Shown: positions 38,286 through 46,441, numbered from the stretch's first letter. The stretch: DNA of 64,000 nt from Mycobacteriales bacterium (GCA_035547035.1 DASZVL010000028.1:50230-114229), one strand, 5' to 3'. The notes: a model not told the origin generated them from the letters alone. Numbers and translations: made by a program.

Positions 38286-39086
38286 ATGCCATTCGCGACC
38301 AACAACGGAGTCCGGATCCACTGGCAGGAGGAGGGGGAAGGCACTCCCGTCCTGCTGATCATGGGCCACAAGTACAGCAGCGCCATGTGGTGGCCGGTGC
38401 TTCCGGCACTCACCGCGAAGCACCGGGTGGTGTGGTTCGACAACCGCGGCACCGGGAAGTCTGACGCACCGAAGACGGCGTCCGTGGCCGAGATGGTCGC
38501 GGACACGATCACGGTGATGGACGCCGCCGGCCTCGACTCGGCGCACGTCTGGGGCGTGTCGATGGGCGGAGGCATTGCCCAGCAGCTCGCGGTCAAGCAC
38601 CCGGAGCGGGTCCGCGGGCTGATCCTCGGCTGCACCGCCATCAAGACCGAGGTCACCACGGCGCACCCGATCCTGATGTCGATTCTCGCCAGGCTGCCGC
38701 TCGGCGCCGTCCGCGTTCTCGGTGGCAAGCGCTCTCTGGGCAACACACCGCCGGACATCGCGGCCAAGGACTACGCGATGCAGAAGAAGGACGAGTTCTC
38801 GCCGAGCGGGGTCGTTGCGCAGCACGTCGGCATCGCCGGATTCTCGATGACGCTCGAGGACGCGGCCGGCATCACGGCGCCGACCTTCGTGCAGCACGGC
38901 ACGGCCGACCCGCTGGTGCCGTACGACGCCGGGGTGCGGATCGCCGAGACGGTTCCAGGCGCCCGGTTGTCGACATTCGAGGGCGCGGCTCACAACTACC
39001 TGCTGTCCGACATCGGCCGTGCCGGTCGCGAGGCGCTCGAGTTCTTCGCCGAGGTCGACAGCGCACGCGCCACAACGAGCGCCTGA
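38286..39086 (+). CDS. alpha/beta hydrolase
   Basis: The 266-aa ORF has the elbow VWGVSMGGGIAQ and a C-terminal His region (GAAHNYLL). Confidence 0.8.
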   Translation: MPFATNNGVRIHWQEEGEGTPVLLIMGHKYSSAMWWPVLPALTAKHRVVWFDNRGTGKSDAPKTASVAEMVADTITVMDAAGLDSAHVWGVSMGGGIAQQLAVKHPERVRGLILGCTAIKTEVTTAHPILMSILARLPLGAVRVLGGKRSLGNTPPDIAAKDYAMQKKDEFSPSGVVAQHVGIAGFSMTLEDAAGITAPTFVQHGTADPLVPYDAGVRIAETVPGARLSTFEGAAHNYLLSDIGRAGREALEFFAEVDSARATTSA

Positions 39087-39090
39087 CCGA

Positions 39091-39564
39091 ATGCAACTGA
39101 CCACCGGCCGGCTTCTCGGCGCGACGGTCCTCACCGCCGCCTTGGTGATCGGTGTGTCCGGATGCAGCGGCCTGGAGTTCCAGCAGGATCGGCGGCTCAG
39201 CTTCACCTCGCCCGCGTCCGATCAGCTGACGAAGCTCCCGGTCACGCTGGCGTGGACGATGAAGGCTCCGGTCGGCGCGTACCGGTTCGGCGTGTTCGTC
39301 GACCAGCAGCCCATCAAGGTCGGCCGCAACGTCGACTCGGTGCTGCCCAGCGGCACCCGGCCCACCCGCGCCTTGTTCGCGGCGGCGGACGTCTATGTCA
39401 CGTCGGCGTCGTCGCTGACCTTGCGCAACATCCCCGATCTCGACAACGACCGATCGAGCCGGCAGCGGCACTGGGCGACGGTTGTGCTGCTCGACCGCTC
39501 CGGCAACCGGGTCAACGAGAGCGCCTGGACCCGGTCGTTCGACCTGCCGCGGAACAGCTCGTGA
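39091..39564 (+). CDS. hypothetical lipoprotein (157 aa)
   Basis: Starts at the ATG at 39091, 4 nt after the hydrolase stop. Has a lipobox (VIGVSGCSG). Its stop overlaps the next start (GTGA). No recognisable family. Confidence 0.6.
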   Translation: MQLTTGRLLGATVLTAALVIGVSGCSGLEFQQDRRLSFTSPASDQLTKLPVTLAWTMKAPVGAYRFGVFVDQQPIKVGRNVDSVLPSGTRPTRALFAAADVYVTSASSLTLRNIPDLDNDRSSRQRHWATVVLLDRSGNRVNESAWTRSFDLPRNSS

Positions 39565-41732
39565 CCGCGACGGTCGACGCCCCGAGCGACGCGACCAGCG
39601 AGTCGATGGCGCAGCGGCGCCGGTCCGCCCGCGCAACGCTGGGGCTGCAGGACGAGCAACCCGACGCCGGACCGCTCCGGCCGCTGCTCAAGTCCCACGG
39701 CGTCGGCCTCTACCCGATGATCGCGCTCGGCGTGCTCGGCTTCGTCGACCTGTTCCAGGGCAATGCGCTGACCGTCGTCGCGCCCGACATGAGCAGCACG
39801 CTGGGCTTGTCGTTCGGACTGATCGGGTTTGCCCGCGCCATGGGCTACCTCGCGTTCGCGCTCGCGCCGCTTCCGATGGCTGCACTCGCGCAGCGCCAAG
39901 GACGCCGCGTGATGTTGTGTCTCGTCACCGCGATCGGCTGGAGCCTCGTCACGCTGTTCACGGGTTTCGTGACCTCGCTGCTCGCGCTTGTCGTGGTCCT
40001 CGTCGCCGACGGGCTGTCCACCGGAAGTGTCCAGGCCCTTCACCCTCCGCTGCTCGCCGACATCTACCCGCCGCAGGCGAGGGTCCGCGTGCTGGGCTCC
40101 TACCGCGCCATCACGGTGCTCGGCCAGATCGTCGCGCCGCTGCTGGTGTCCCTGCTGACCGGACCGCTGCATCTCACCTGGCGCGGCGTGTTCCTCGTCC
40201 TCGGGCTGATCTCGGTGGCGAGCTCGCTGAGCGCGCTCGGGGTCCGCGACCCGGGCCCGGGCCGCTTCGACACCGAGCGGCTGCATGCCGCCGTACCGGC
40301 CTCCGACGCCGCGCCGCAGCTCGGGTTCTTCGAGATCATCCGACGGCTGCTGCTGATCCCGACGATCCAGCGCATCTGCACCGGCGTCCTCGCCTTCGGT
40401 GTGATCGCAATCCCGTTCACGACGTTCATGTCGACCTTCTTCGTCGAGCGATGGCATCTCGGCTCGGCCGCGCGCGGCCTGGTCGTGTCACTCGCCTACG
40501 GCGTGGCGATCGTCGGCCTGCTGATCTACAGCAAGCTGGCGGAGAACACCTTCATCACCAACCCGGCGAAGGTCGTGGCCCAGATCGGCTACGCGATCAT
40601 GGCGATCGGCATCTTCATTGCGCTGGCCGCGATCATGCCTTCGCTGATCGCCATGGTGGCGCTGTTCTCACTGGCCATCACCGCGTTCGTGCTCACGCTT
40701 CCCGGTGTCAACGCGGTCGTGCTGTCCGTCGTCGACGCCCGCTACCGCCCGCACGCGTCCGCGCTGGTCGGGATCGCGCTGGCGATCGGGAGCATCCTCG
40801 GCGTGCTTCTGCTCAGCGGCGTGTACTCGGCGTACGGGTCGACCGGCACGATGGTCTCGCTGCTGCTCCCCGGCCTCGCCGGCGGTCTCATCGTGCGATC
40901 GGCCAGACGGCTTGTCGACGCCGACATCGACGCGATGGTCGACACCATCCTCGAAGAGCAGGACCTTGCCGCGCTTCACGAAAGCGGCCGGCGGCCGGCA
41001 CAGCTCACTGCCCGAGGGCTCAACTTCTCCTACGGCAAGCTGCAGGTCCTCTTCGACGTCGACTTCACCGTTGACGAGGGCGAGATGGTCGCGCTGCTCG
41101 GGACCAACGGCGCCGGGAAGTCGACGCTGCTCAAGGTCATCTCCGGAATCGGGCTGCCGTCGGCAGGAACGGTTCGACTCGACGGCAACGACATCACCTA
41201 TCTGGACGCCGAGCGGCGAGTCCGGCTCGGCATCACGCAGATCCCGGGTGGTCGCGCGGTGTTCCGCCGGATGACGGTCGTCGAGAACCTTCGGGGATAC
41301 GGCTACACGCTCGGCGCCGACAAGAAGCGGGTCGACGAGGCGATCGACCGCTGCCTGTCGGTGTTCCCGCGCCTCGACGAGCGCAAGGGCTCGCTCGGCG
41401 CGACGCTGTCCGGCGGCGAGCAGCAGATGCTCGGCCTCTGCAAGGCGCTGATCCTCGAGCCGAAGATCCTGCTCATCGACGAGCTGTCTCTGGGCCTGGC
41501 GCCAGTGGTCGTCGGGCAGCTGCTCGACCTGGTCCGTGAGATCAACGCCACGGGAACCTCGGTCGTCCTCGTCGAGCAGTCGGTGAACATCGCCCTCTCG
41601 CTCGTCGATCACGCCTACTTCATGGAGAAGGGGCAGATCCGCTTCGACGGAGCCGCTGCCGACCTGCTCGGCCGCGACGACCTGCTACGCGCCGTCTTCC
41701 TCGACGGTGCCACCAAGGCAGGCGCACGGTGA
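39561..41732 (+). CDS. fusion protein: MFS-type membrane domain plus LivF-type ABC ATPase
   Basis: Starts at the GTG at 39561; an alternative ATG is at 39606. The N-terminal portion of about 470 aa is multi-span with MFS motifs (ALAQRQGRRVML, ADGLSTGSV, RVRVLGSYRAITVLGQIVAPLL). The C-terminus is an NBD with GTNGAGKST, LSGGEQQ and ILLIDELSLGL. Confidence 0.75.
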   Translation: MTATVDAPSDATSESMAQRRRSARATLGLQDEQPDAGPLRPLLKSHGVGLYPMIALGVLGFVDLFQGNALTVVAPDMSSTLGLSFGLIGFARAMGYLAFALAPLPMAALAQRQGRRVMLCLVTAIGWSLVTLFTGFVTSLLALVVVLVADGLSTGSVQALHPPLLADIYPPQARVRVLGSYRAITVLGQIVAPLLVSLLTGPLHLTWRGVFLVLGLISVASSLSALGVRDPGPGRFDTERLHAAVPASDAAPQLGFFEIIRRLLLIPTIQRICTGVLAFGVIAIPFTTFMSTFFVERWHLGSAARGLVVSLAYGVAIVGLLIYSKLAENTFITNPAKVVAQIGYAIMAIGIFIALAAIMPSLIAMVALFSLAITAFVLTLPGVNAVVLSVVDARYRPHASALVGIALAIGSILGVLLLSGVYSAYGSTGTMVSLLLPGLAGGLIVRSARRLVDADIDAMVDTILEEQDLAALHESGRRPAQLTARGLNFSYGKLQVLFDVDFTVDEGEMVALLGTNGAGKSTLLKVISGIGLPSAGTVRLDGNDITYLDAERRVRLGITQIPGGRAVFRRMTVVENLRGYGYTLGADKKRVDEAIDRCLSVFPRLDERKGSLGATLSGGEQQMLGLCKALILEPKILLIDELSLGLAPVVVGQLLDLVREINATGTSVVLVEQSVNIALSLVDHAYFMEKGQIRFDGAAADLLGRDDLLRAVFLDGATKAGAR

Positions 41733-44692
41733 CGCGCAGGCGAACGATTCGCAACGCCGCGCTCGCCGCCGGGTTGCTCGCCGCTGCGTTGCTGTTCGTG
41801 GAGCTCGTCCTCCCGCACACGATTCACGTGCCCGGCACAGCCAGCCACCGCTGGCAGACCCCGGCCTCGGTGCTCGTCCTCGGCCTCGCGACCGGTCTCG
41901 CCTATGGTCTGCTCGGGGTCGGCCTGGTGCTGATCTACCGGTCCAACCGGATCATCAACTTCGCGCACGGGCAGATGGGTGCCTTCGGCGCCGTCATCTT
42001 CGTCCTGCTCGTCACCAAGGCGCACTTCCCCTACTGGGTCGCGCTGGTCCCAGCGCTCGCCGTCGCCGGCCTTGTCGGAGCCCTGACCGACGCCGCCGTC
42101 ATCAGACGGCTCAGCAAGGCGCCACTCGTCATGAGCGTCGTCGCCACACTCGGCGTGGGCCAGTTCCTCGTCGTGTTCGGCGTCCTCATCTACCCCTCGG
42201 CAGGTGCCGGCTCGGTGTTCCCCGAGCCGCCCGGCATGCCGACCTTCAGCGTCGGCGCGTTCCAGGTGACCCCGGCGTACTCCGCGATGCTGATCCTCAG
42301 CCCGGTCGTCGTGGCGGCACTCGGGCTGTTCCTGCGCTACAGCCGGATCGGCGTCGCTATGCGCTGCGCCGCCGACAACCCCGAGGCGGCCCGGATGGCG
42401 GGCATCTTCTCCGGCCGGATGTCGGCGCTTGCCTGGGCGCTCGGCGCATCCGTCGCGGCGTTCGCGGCGATCCTCACCGCGCCGACGCACAGCGTGTCGC
42501 CGGGAGACTTCGGGCCCCAGCTCCTCGAGGTGTCCCTCGCGGCCGCGGTGATCGGGCGGACCGAGAACCTCCCGGTGACGCTCGTGGCGGGCTCGGTCAT
42601 CGGCGTGATCGAACAGCTGCTCCTGTGGAACTATCCCGGCTCCGGCGTCGAGTACCTGGTGCTGTTCGTGCTGATCGTCGCCGCGCTCATCCTGCAGCGC
42701 TCCCGGACCGGACGGACCGAGGAGAAGGGGTCGTGGGTCGCGATACAGGCGCCGCCGGCCATCCCCGCGCGACTGCGTGTGCTTCGGACCGTCAGAGCAA
42801 TCAACCCGACGATCCTCCTCGTCACCGTGGTCGGACTCGCGCTGCTGCCGATGGGCATGAAGGACGCCAGCGCCGTGACGCTGACCTCGATCTTCGCCCT
42901 GGTCGTCGTCGGTTTCTCGATGGGTGTCGTCACAGGGCTCGCCGGGCAGCTCACCCTCGGCCAGTTCGCGATCGCCGCAGTCGGCGCGATCGCAAGCTTC
43001 GAGGTGGCGTCTCGCACGCACGACTATGTGCTGTCGTTCCTGTACGCCGGGGTCGCGGCGGCGTTGGCCTTCGTCCTGATCGGGTTGCCCGCCATCCGCG
43101 TCAAGGGCCTGATGATCACCGTGACGACGCTGTCGTTCGCGCTGCTGATGTCCAACTGGCTGCTCCCGGAGCCGTGGTTGTTCGGCGTGGACGGGAAGAC
43201 GCCCGGAACACCGTCTGTCCTCGGCGCACAGCTCAACACCGGTAAGCGCTACTACTGGCTCGCACTCGTGCTGACGGTCCTGGCGCTCCTGATCGCCCGC
43301 AACCTCCGGTCGGCCGGACTCAGCCGGCTGTTCGTCGCGGTACGGGACAACGAGGACGCCGCACGCGCATTCACCGTCCCGGTGACGATGGTGAAGCTGC
43401 AAGGGTTCGCGATCTCCGGCTTCATCGCCGGGATCGGTGGCGCGATGTATGCGCACTCGCTGTTCACGGTGGGTGAGGCGAGCTTCACCCCGAACCTCAG
43501 CGTCTTCACGGTCACGGTCATGACGGTGATCGGGGGTCTCGGCTTGCTCACCGGACCGATCCTCGGCGCGCTCGTCGTCCTCGTACTGCCGTCGTTCGTG
43601 CATCTAGGCAGCCTCGCCCTTGCCGGCACCGCGCTCGGCCAGCTGCTGATCGTGATGTACCTCCCGGGTGGCATCGGCCACCTCGTCACGCCCCTTCGCG
43701 ATCGCGTGGTGAAGGCGATCGGGCGGCGCGCCGGCGTCGACGTCGACGCGGCGTACCTGGCCGAGTCGAGCAGCGCCGCGGCCGACGACTTCGCGGCCCC
43801 GACGGTCGCACCACCCCTCGCGATCACGAAGCACCCGATCGGTGCCCGACCGATCCTCGAGGCAAGCGGGCTGGTCAAGTCGTTCGGCGGCGTGCACGCG
43901 GTCCGGGGTGTGTCGATCACGGTGCATCGCGGGGAGACGCTCGGGCTCATCGGCCCGAACGGCGCCGGCAAGACGACGACGTTCGAGCTCCTCACCGGCT
44001 TCACGAAGCCGGACGCCGGTCAGGTCCGGCTTCGTGACGAGGACGTCACCGCGGCCACCCCGGAGGCCCGCGGCCGGCTCGGATTGATCCGCAGCTTCCA
44101 GGACGCAGCGTTGTTCCCCACTCTCACCGTTCTCGAGTGTGTCCAGCTCTCCCTCGAGCGGACCGACCCGAGCACCGTGACGGCAGCCGTCCTCGGCCTG
44201 ACCGGTCGCGAGCGCCGCAAGGAGCAGCGGGCGCGTGACCTGGTCGCGTGGATGGGTCTGGATCGTTATCGCTCGATGCAGGTCCAGTCGCTGTCGACCG
44301 GAACCCGTCGCATCGCGGAGATCGCGTGCCTCGTCGGGTTGGGCCCGGAAGTGCTTCTGCTCGACGAGCCGTCAGCCGGCGTCGCCCAGCGAGAGACCGA
44401 GGCGCTGCAGCAGCTGCTCGAGACCCTCAAGGAAGATCTCGACCTCACGCTGTGCGTCATCGAGCACGACATCCCGATGATCATGTCGATGGCGGACCGC
44501 ATCGTGTGCATGGCTGACGGCGAGATCATCGCCGAAGGCTCGCCGGACATCGTGCGGACCGACCCGCGCGTGGTCGAGTCCTACCTCGGCGGCAGCATCA
44601 CCGCGATCCAGCGGTCGGGAAGCGTCGCGCACGACGGAGAACCACCCGCGCAACGAAGCCGCGGGCCCGCCTTGGTGAGGACGGCAGGATGA
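41729..44692 (+). CDS. triple fusion: LivH-like permease plus LivM-like permease plus LivG-like ABC ATPase
   Basis: The 987-aa ORF has a LivH region (GLAYGLLGVGLVLIYRSNRIINFAHGQMG), a LivM region (VVTGLAGQLTLGQFAIAAVGA) and an NBD (GPNGAGKTT, LSTGTRRIAEIA, LLLDEPSAGV). Both junctions overlap by 4 nt. Confidence 0.8.
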   Translation: MTRRRTIRNAALAAGLLAAALLFVELVLPHTIHVPGTASHRWQTPASVLVLGLATGLAYGLLGVGLVLIYRSNRIINFAHGQMGAFGAVIFVLLVTKAHFPYWVALVPALAVAGLVGALTDAAVIRRLSKAPLVMSVVATLGVGQFLVVFGVLIYPSAGAGSVFPEPPGMPTFSVGAFQVTPAYSAMLILSPVVVAALGLFLRYSRIGVAMRCAADNPEAARMAGIFSGRMSALAWALGASVAAFAAILTAPTHSVSPGDFGPQLLEVSLAAAVIGRTENLPVTLVAGSVIGVIEQLLLWNYPGSGVEYLVLFVLIVAALILQRSRTGRTEEKGSWVAIQAPPAIPARLRVLRTVRAINPTILLVTVVGLALLPMGMKDASAVTLTSIFALVVVGFSMGVVTGLAGQLTLGQFAIAAVGAIASFEVASRTHDYVLSFLYAGVAAALAFVLIGLPAIRVKGLMITVTTLSFALLMSNWLLPEPWLFGVDGKTPGTPSVLGAQLNTGKRYYWLALVLTVLALLIARNLRSAGLSRLFVAVRDNEDAARAFTVPVTMVKLQGFAISGFIAGIGGAMYAHSLFTVGEASFTPNLSVFTVTVMTVIGGLGLLTGPILGALVVLVLPSFVHLGSLALAGTALGQLLIVMYLPGGIGHLVTPLRDRVVKAIGRRAGVDVDAAYLAESSSAAADDFAAPTVAPPLAITKHPIGARPILEASGLVKSFGGVHAVRGVSITVHRGETLGLIGPNGAGKTTTFELLTGFTKPDAGQVRLRDEDVTAATPEARGRLGLIRSFQDAALFPTLTVLECVQLSLERTDPSTVTAAVLGLTGRERRKEQRARDLVAWMGLDRYRSMQVQSLSTGTRRIAEIACLVGLGPEVLLLDEPSAGVAQRETEALQQLLETLKEDLDLTLCVIEHDIPMIMSMADRIVCMADGEIIAEGSPDIVRTDPRVVESYLGGSITAIQRSGSVAHDGEPPAQRSRGPALVRTAG

Positions 44693-44997
44693 AACGTCTG
44701 GTCACTTCGCTACGCCGGATTCCACACCTCGGGACGTGGCTAGGACTCGTGCTCGTCGCGGTCGGCTTCGTCCTCATCACCGTCGCGTGGGGACAGACCG
44801 CCGGCGAGATCGACGTACCGCTGCAGCTGCCGTACGTCATGAGCGCGGGCTTCTCCGGATTGGCGCTCGTGTGCCTGGGAGTGACCTCAGTCGCCGTCGA
44901 CGTCCGGCTCCGCGACTCCGCAGCACGGCAGGCGCAGTCACGACGCGTGAGCGACGCGCTCGACGAGCTCGTCCGGCTGAGCGAGCAGGGCCGATGA
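44689..44997 (+). CDS. hypothetical 2-TM small membrane protein (102 aa)
   Basis: Its ATG overlaps the upstream stop (ATGA). It has two hydrophobic spans and a charged C-terminal tail. It is paralogous in layout to the next gene (PYVMSAGFSGLALVCLG versus PALVSGGIGGIALVITG). Confidence 0.55.
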   Translation: MKRLVTSLRRIPHLGTWLGLVLVAVGFVLITVAWGQTAGEIDVPLQLPYVMSAGFSGLALVCLGVTSVAVDVRLRDSAARQAQSRRVSDALDELVRLSEQGR

Positions 44998-45353
44998 AGC
45001 GGCCGACGCCCCTCGCGACGACGTTGCTGTGGTGCGGCCTGCTCATCTGCGGCGGCATCGCGTCGATCTCGGTCGGCTATGCGATGGTGGCGCGGACGCT
45101 CGACGTGTTCGACCAGGTCCCGGCATTGGTCAGCGGCGGGATCGGTGGCATCGCGCTGGTGATCACGGGCTGCGTCCTCGGGTACGTGCAGATCGGCAGG
45201 GCGTGCACCGAACGGGAACGCGGCGCCGACGACCACGTGCTCGACCGGATCGGCGCCCTCGCCGAGATCGAGCGGCGACGGATAGCCGCGCAGGACGCCC
45301 GGCCGCCGAAGCAACGGACTGGTCGCGCACCGGCGAAGCGGGCATCCGCATGA
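44994..45353 (+). CDS. hypothetical 2-TM small membrane protein (119 aa)
   Basis: Starts at the ATG at 44994, overlapping the upstream stop. It has two hydrophobic spans and an Arg/Glu-rich tail. Confidence 0.55.
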   Translation: MKRPTPLATTLLWCGLLICGGIASISVGYAMVARTLDVFDQVPALVSGGIGGIALVITGCVLGYVQIGRACTERERGADDHVLDRIGALAEIERRRIAAQDARPPKQRTGRAPAKRASA

Positions 45354-46303
45354 CGCTCGCCGGACTGGTCATCGTGCCGATCGTGTTCGTGGGCCCATCC
45401 GTCGCACCGTCGACGGCGCACCTCGCCTCAAGCAGCCGGACCGCGCCGGTCGCGCTCGGCACCGAGGCCTGGTACAGCAGCCCGCAGATCTGCGTGATCC
45501 CCCAGGTCTGTCTGCCGATCAGGTCGCCCATCACGACGACGTACCCGGTTCACACGCTTCACATCGCGGCCGCCGGCGGGAACGAGTCGGCGCGGACCTA
45601 CCTCGAGCTTCGCGAGCCGATCGCCCCCACCACTGTGGTGACCGGCGGAGTCCTGCGGCTGCCCCTCGACACCAGTCCGGCCGATGGGTCGGTGGCACCA
45701 GACCTCGCGAAGGTCGAAGCCTGTACGACGCGCACGCCGATCAAAGCGGTAGAAGGCTCGACCGCGAAGCCTCCGGCCACGGACTGCCGCAATGCCCCGA
45801 CAAGTCGCGTCATCGGCACTCCCGCCAGCGAGCTCGACATCGACCTCGGCCCGATCGGCTCACGGCTGCAACACCCCGGGACGGGTCTCGCGCTGCTGCC
45901 GGTCCTCTCACCGGCCGCGACGTGGGACGTGACGCTGTCGTCGAACCTGCGCGCCAAGTCGTCGGCGACGACGCCGGTCCTGATCCTGACCACCAGGGAC
46001 GAGTTGCCGCAGTCCTCGACGACGGCCACGCCGCCGGAGTCGGCAAGCCGACGCCAAAGCGCGACTGGCGACGAGCCGCTGATTCCCGCTGGGCCGGTCG
46101 ACGTCGAGCCGCAGACGAGCGAGGTTCCCGGCGCCGCGGTGAGCGCGCCCCAGATAGCGCCGACGCGACCGACGGCGTTCAAGGTCGGGCGCCACGGATT
46201 CGACTACCCGGTCGTCTTCCTCACACCACTGCTGATCCTGGCCGGACTGATCGCGTTCGGCCGGCAGCTCACCCGCCCGCTCACCAGGCAACCAGGCAGC
46301 TAG
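45350..46303 (+). CDS. hypothetical secreted protein with C-terminal membrane anchor (317 aa)
   Basis: Starts at the ATG at 45350, overlapping the upstream stop. It has an N-terminal hydrophobic signal (MTLAGLVIVPIVFVGPSVAPSTAHL), four Cys, a Ser/Thr/Pro-rich spacer, and a terminal TM (VVFLTPLLILAGLIAFG) followed by basic residues. Confidence 0.55.
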   Translation: MTLAGLVIVPIVFVGPSVAPSTAHLASSSRTAPVALGTEAWYSSPQICVIPQVCLPIRSPITTTYPVHTLHIAAAGGNESARTYLELREPIAPTTVVTGGVLRLPLDTSPADGSVAPDLAKVEACTTRTPIKAVEGSTAKPPATDCRNAPTSRVIGTPASELDIDLGPIGSRLQHPGTGLALLPVLSPAATWDVTLSSNLRAKSSATTPVLILTTRDELPQSSTTATPPESASRRQSATGDEPLIPAGPVDVEPQTSEVPGAAVSAPQIAPTRPTAFKVGRHGFDYPVVFLTPLLILAGLIAFGRQLTRPLTRQPGS

Positions 46304-46321
46304 GCAGCTAGGCAGCTAGGC
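46295..46321. repeat. tandem 8-mer GGCAGCTA x3.4 giving TAG in all six frames
   Basis: Read directly from the sequence. TAG occurs at 46301, 46309 and 46317 on the plus strand. The palindromic CTAG core gives three TAGs on the minus strand as well. The first TAG is the stop of the 45350-46303 gene. Confidence 0.85.
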
Positions 46322-46360
46322 GCCGTAACCGGCAGGTTGCTGTCACCTCGCGGCCGGTGA

Positions 46361-46441
46361 TCGCATGTCACATAGATGTCGTGATCGACGACTCGCGTGT
46401 CACACAGCGGCTGCATTTCACGACACGCATGTGACATGCGA
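46361..46441. repeat. long imperfect hairpin rich in TGTCACA/TGTGACA words
   Basis: The arms are TCGCATGTCACAT-AGA-TGTCGTGA and TCACGACA-CGC-ATGTGACATGCGA (13 bp, a 3-nt internal loop, then 8 bp) with a 33-nt apical region containing a third TGTCACACAGC. It lies between convergent genes. Confidence 0.6.

Noticed and set aside
41615-43603. A 662-aa ORF antisense to the LivH/LivM region.
   Set aside because: It is extremely Arg/Asp/Glu/His-rich, has no domain signature, and overlaps a strongly supported permease frame.
46295-46321. Whether the 8-mer array is a CRISPR array.
   Set aside because: The units are contiguous 8-nt repeats without spacers. They are far below CRISPR repeat length, and there are no cas genes in the window.
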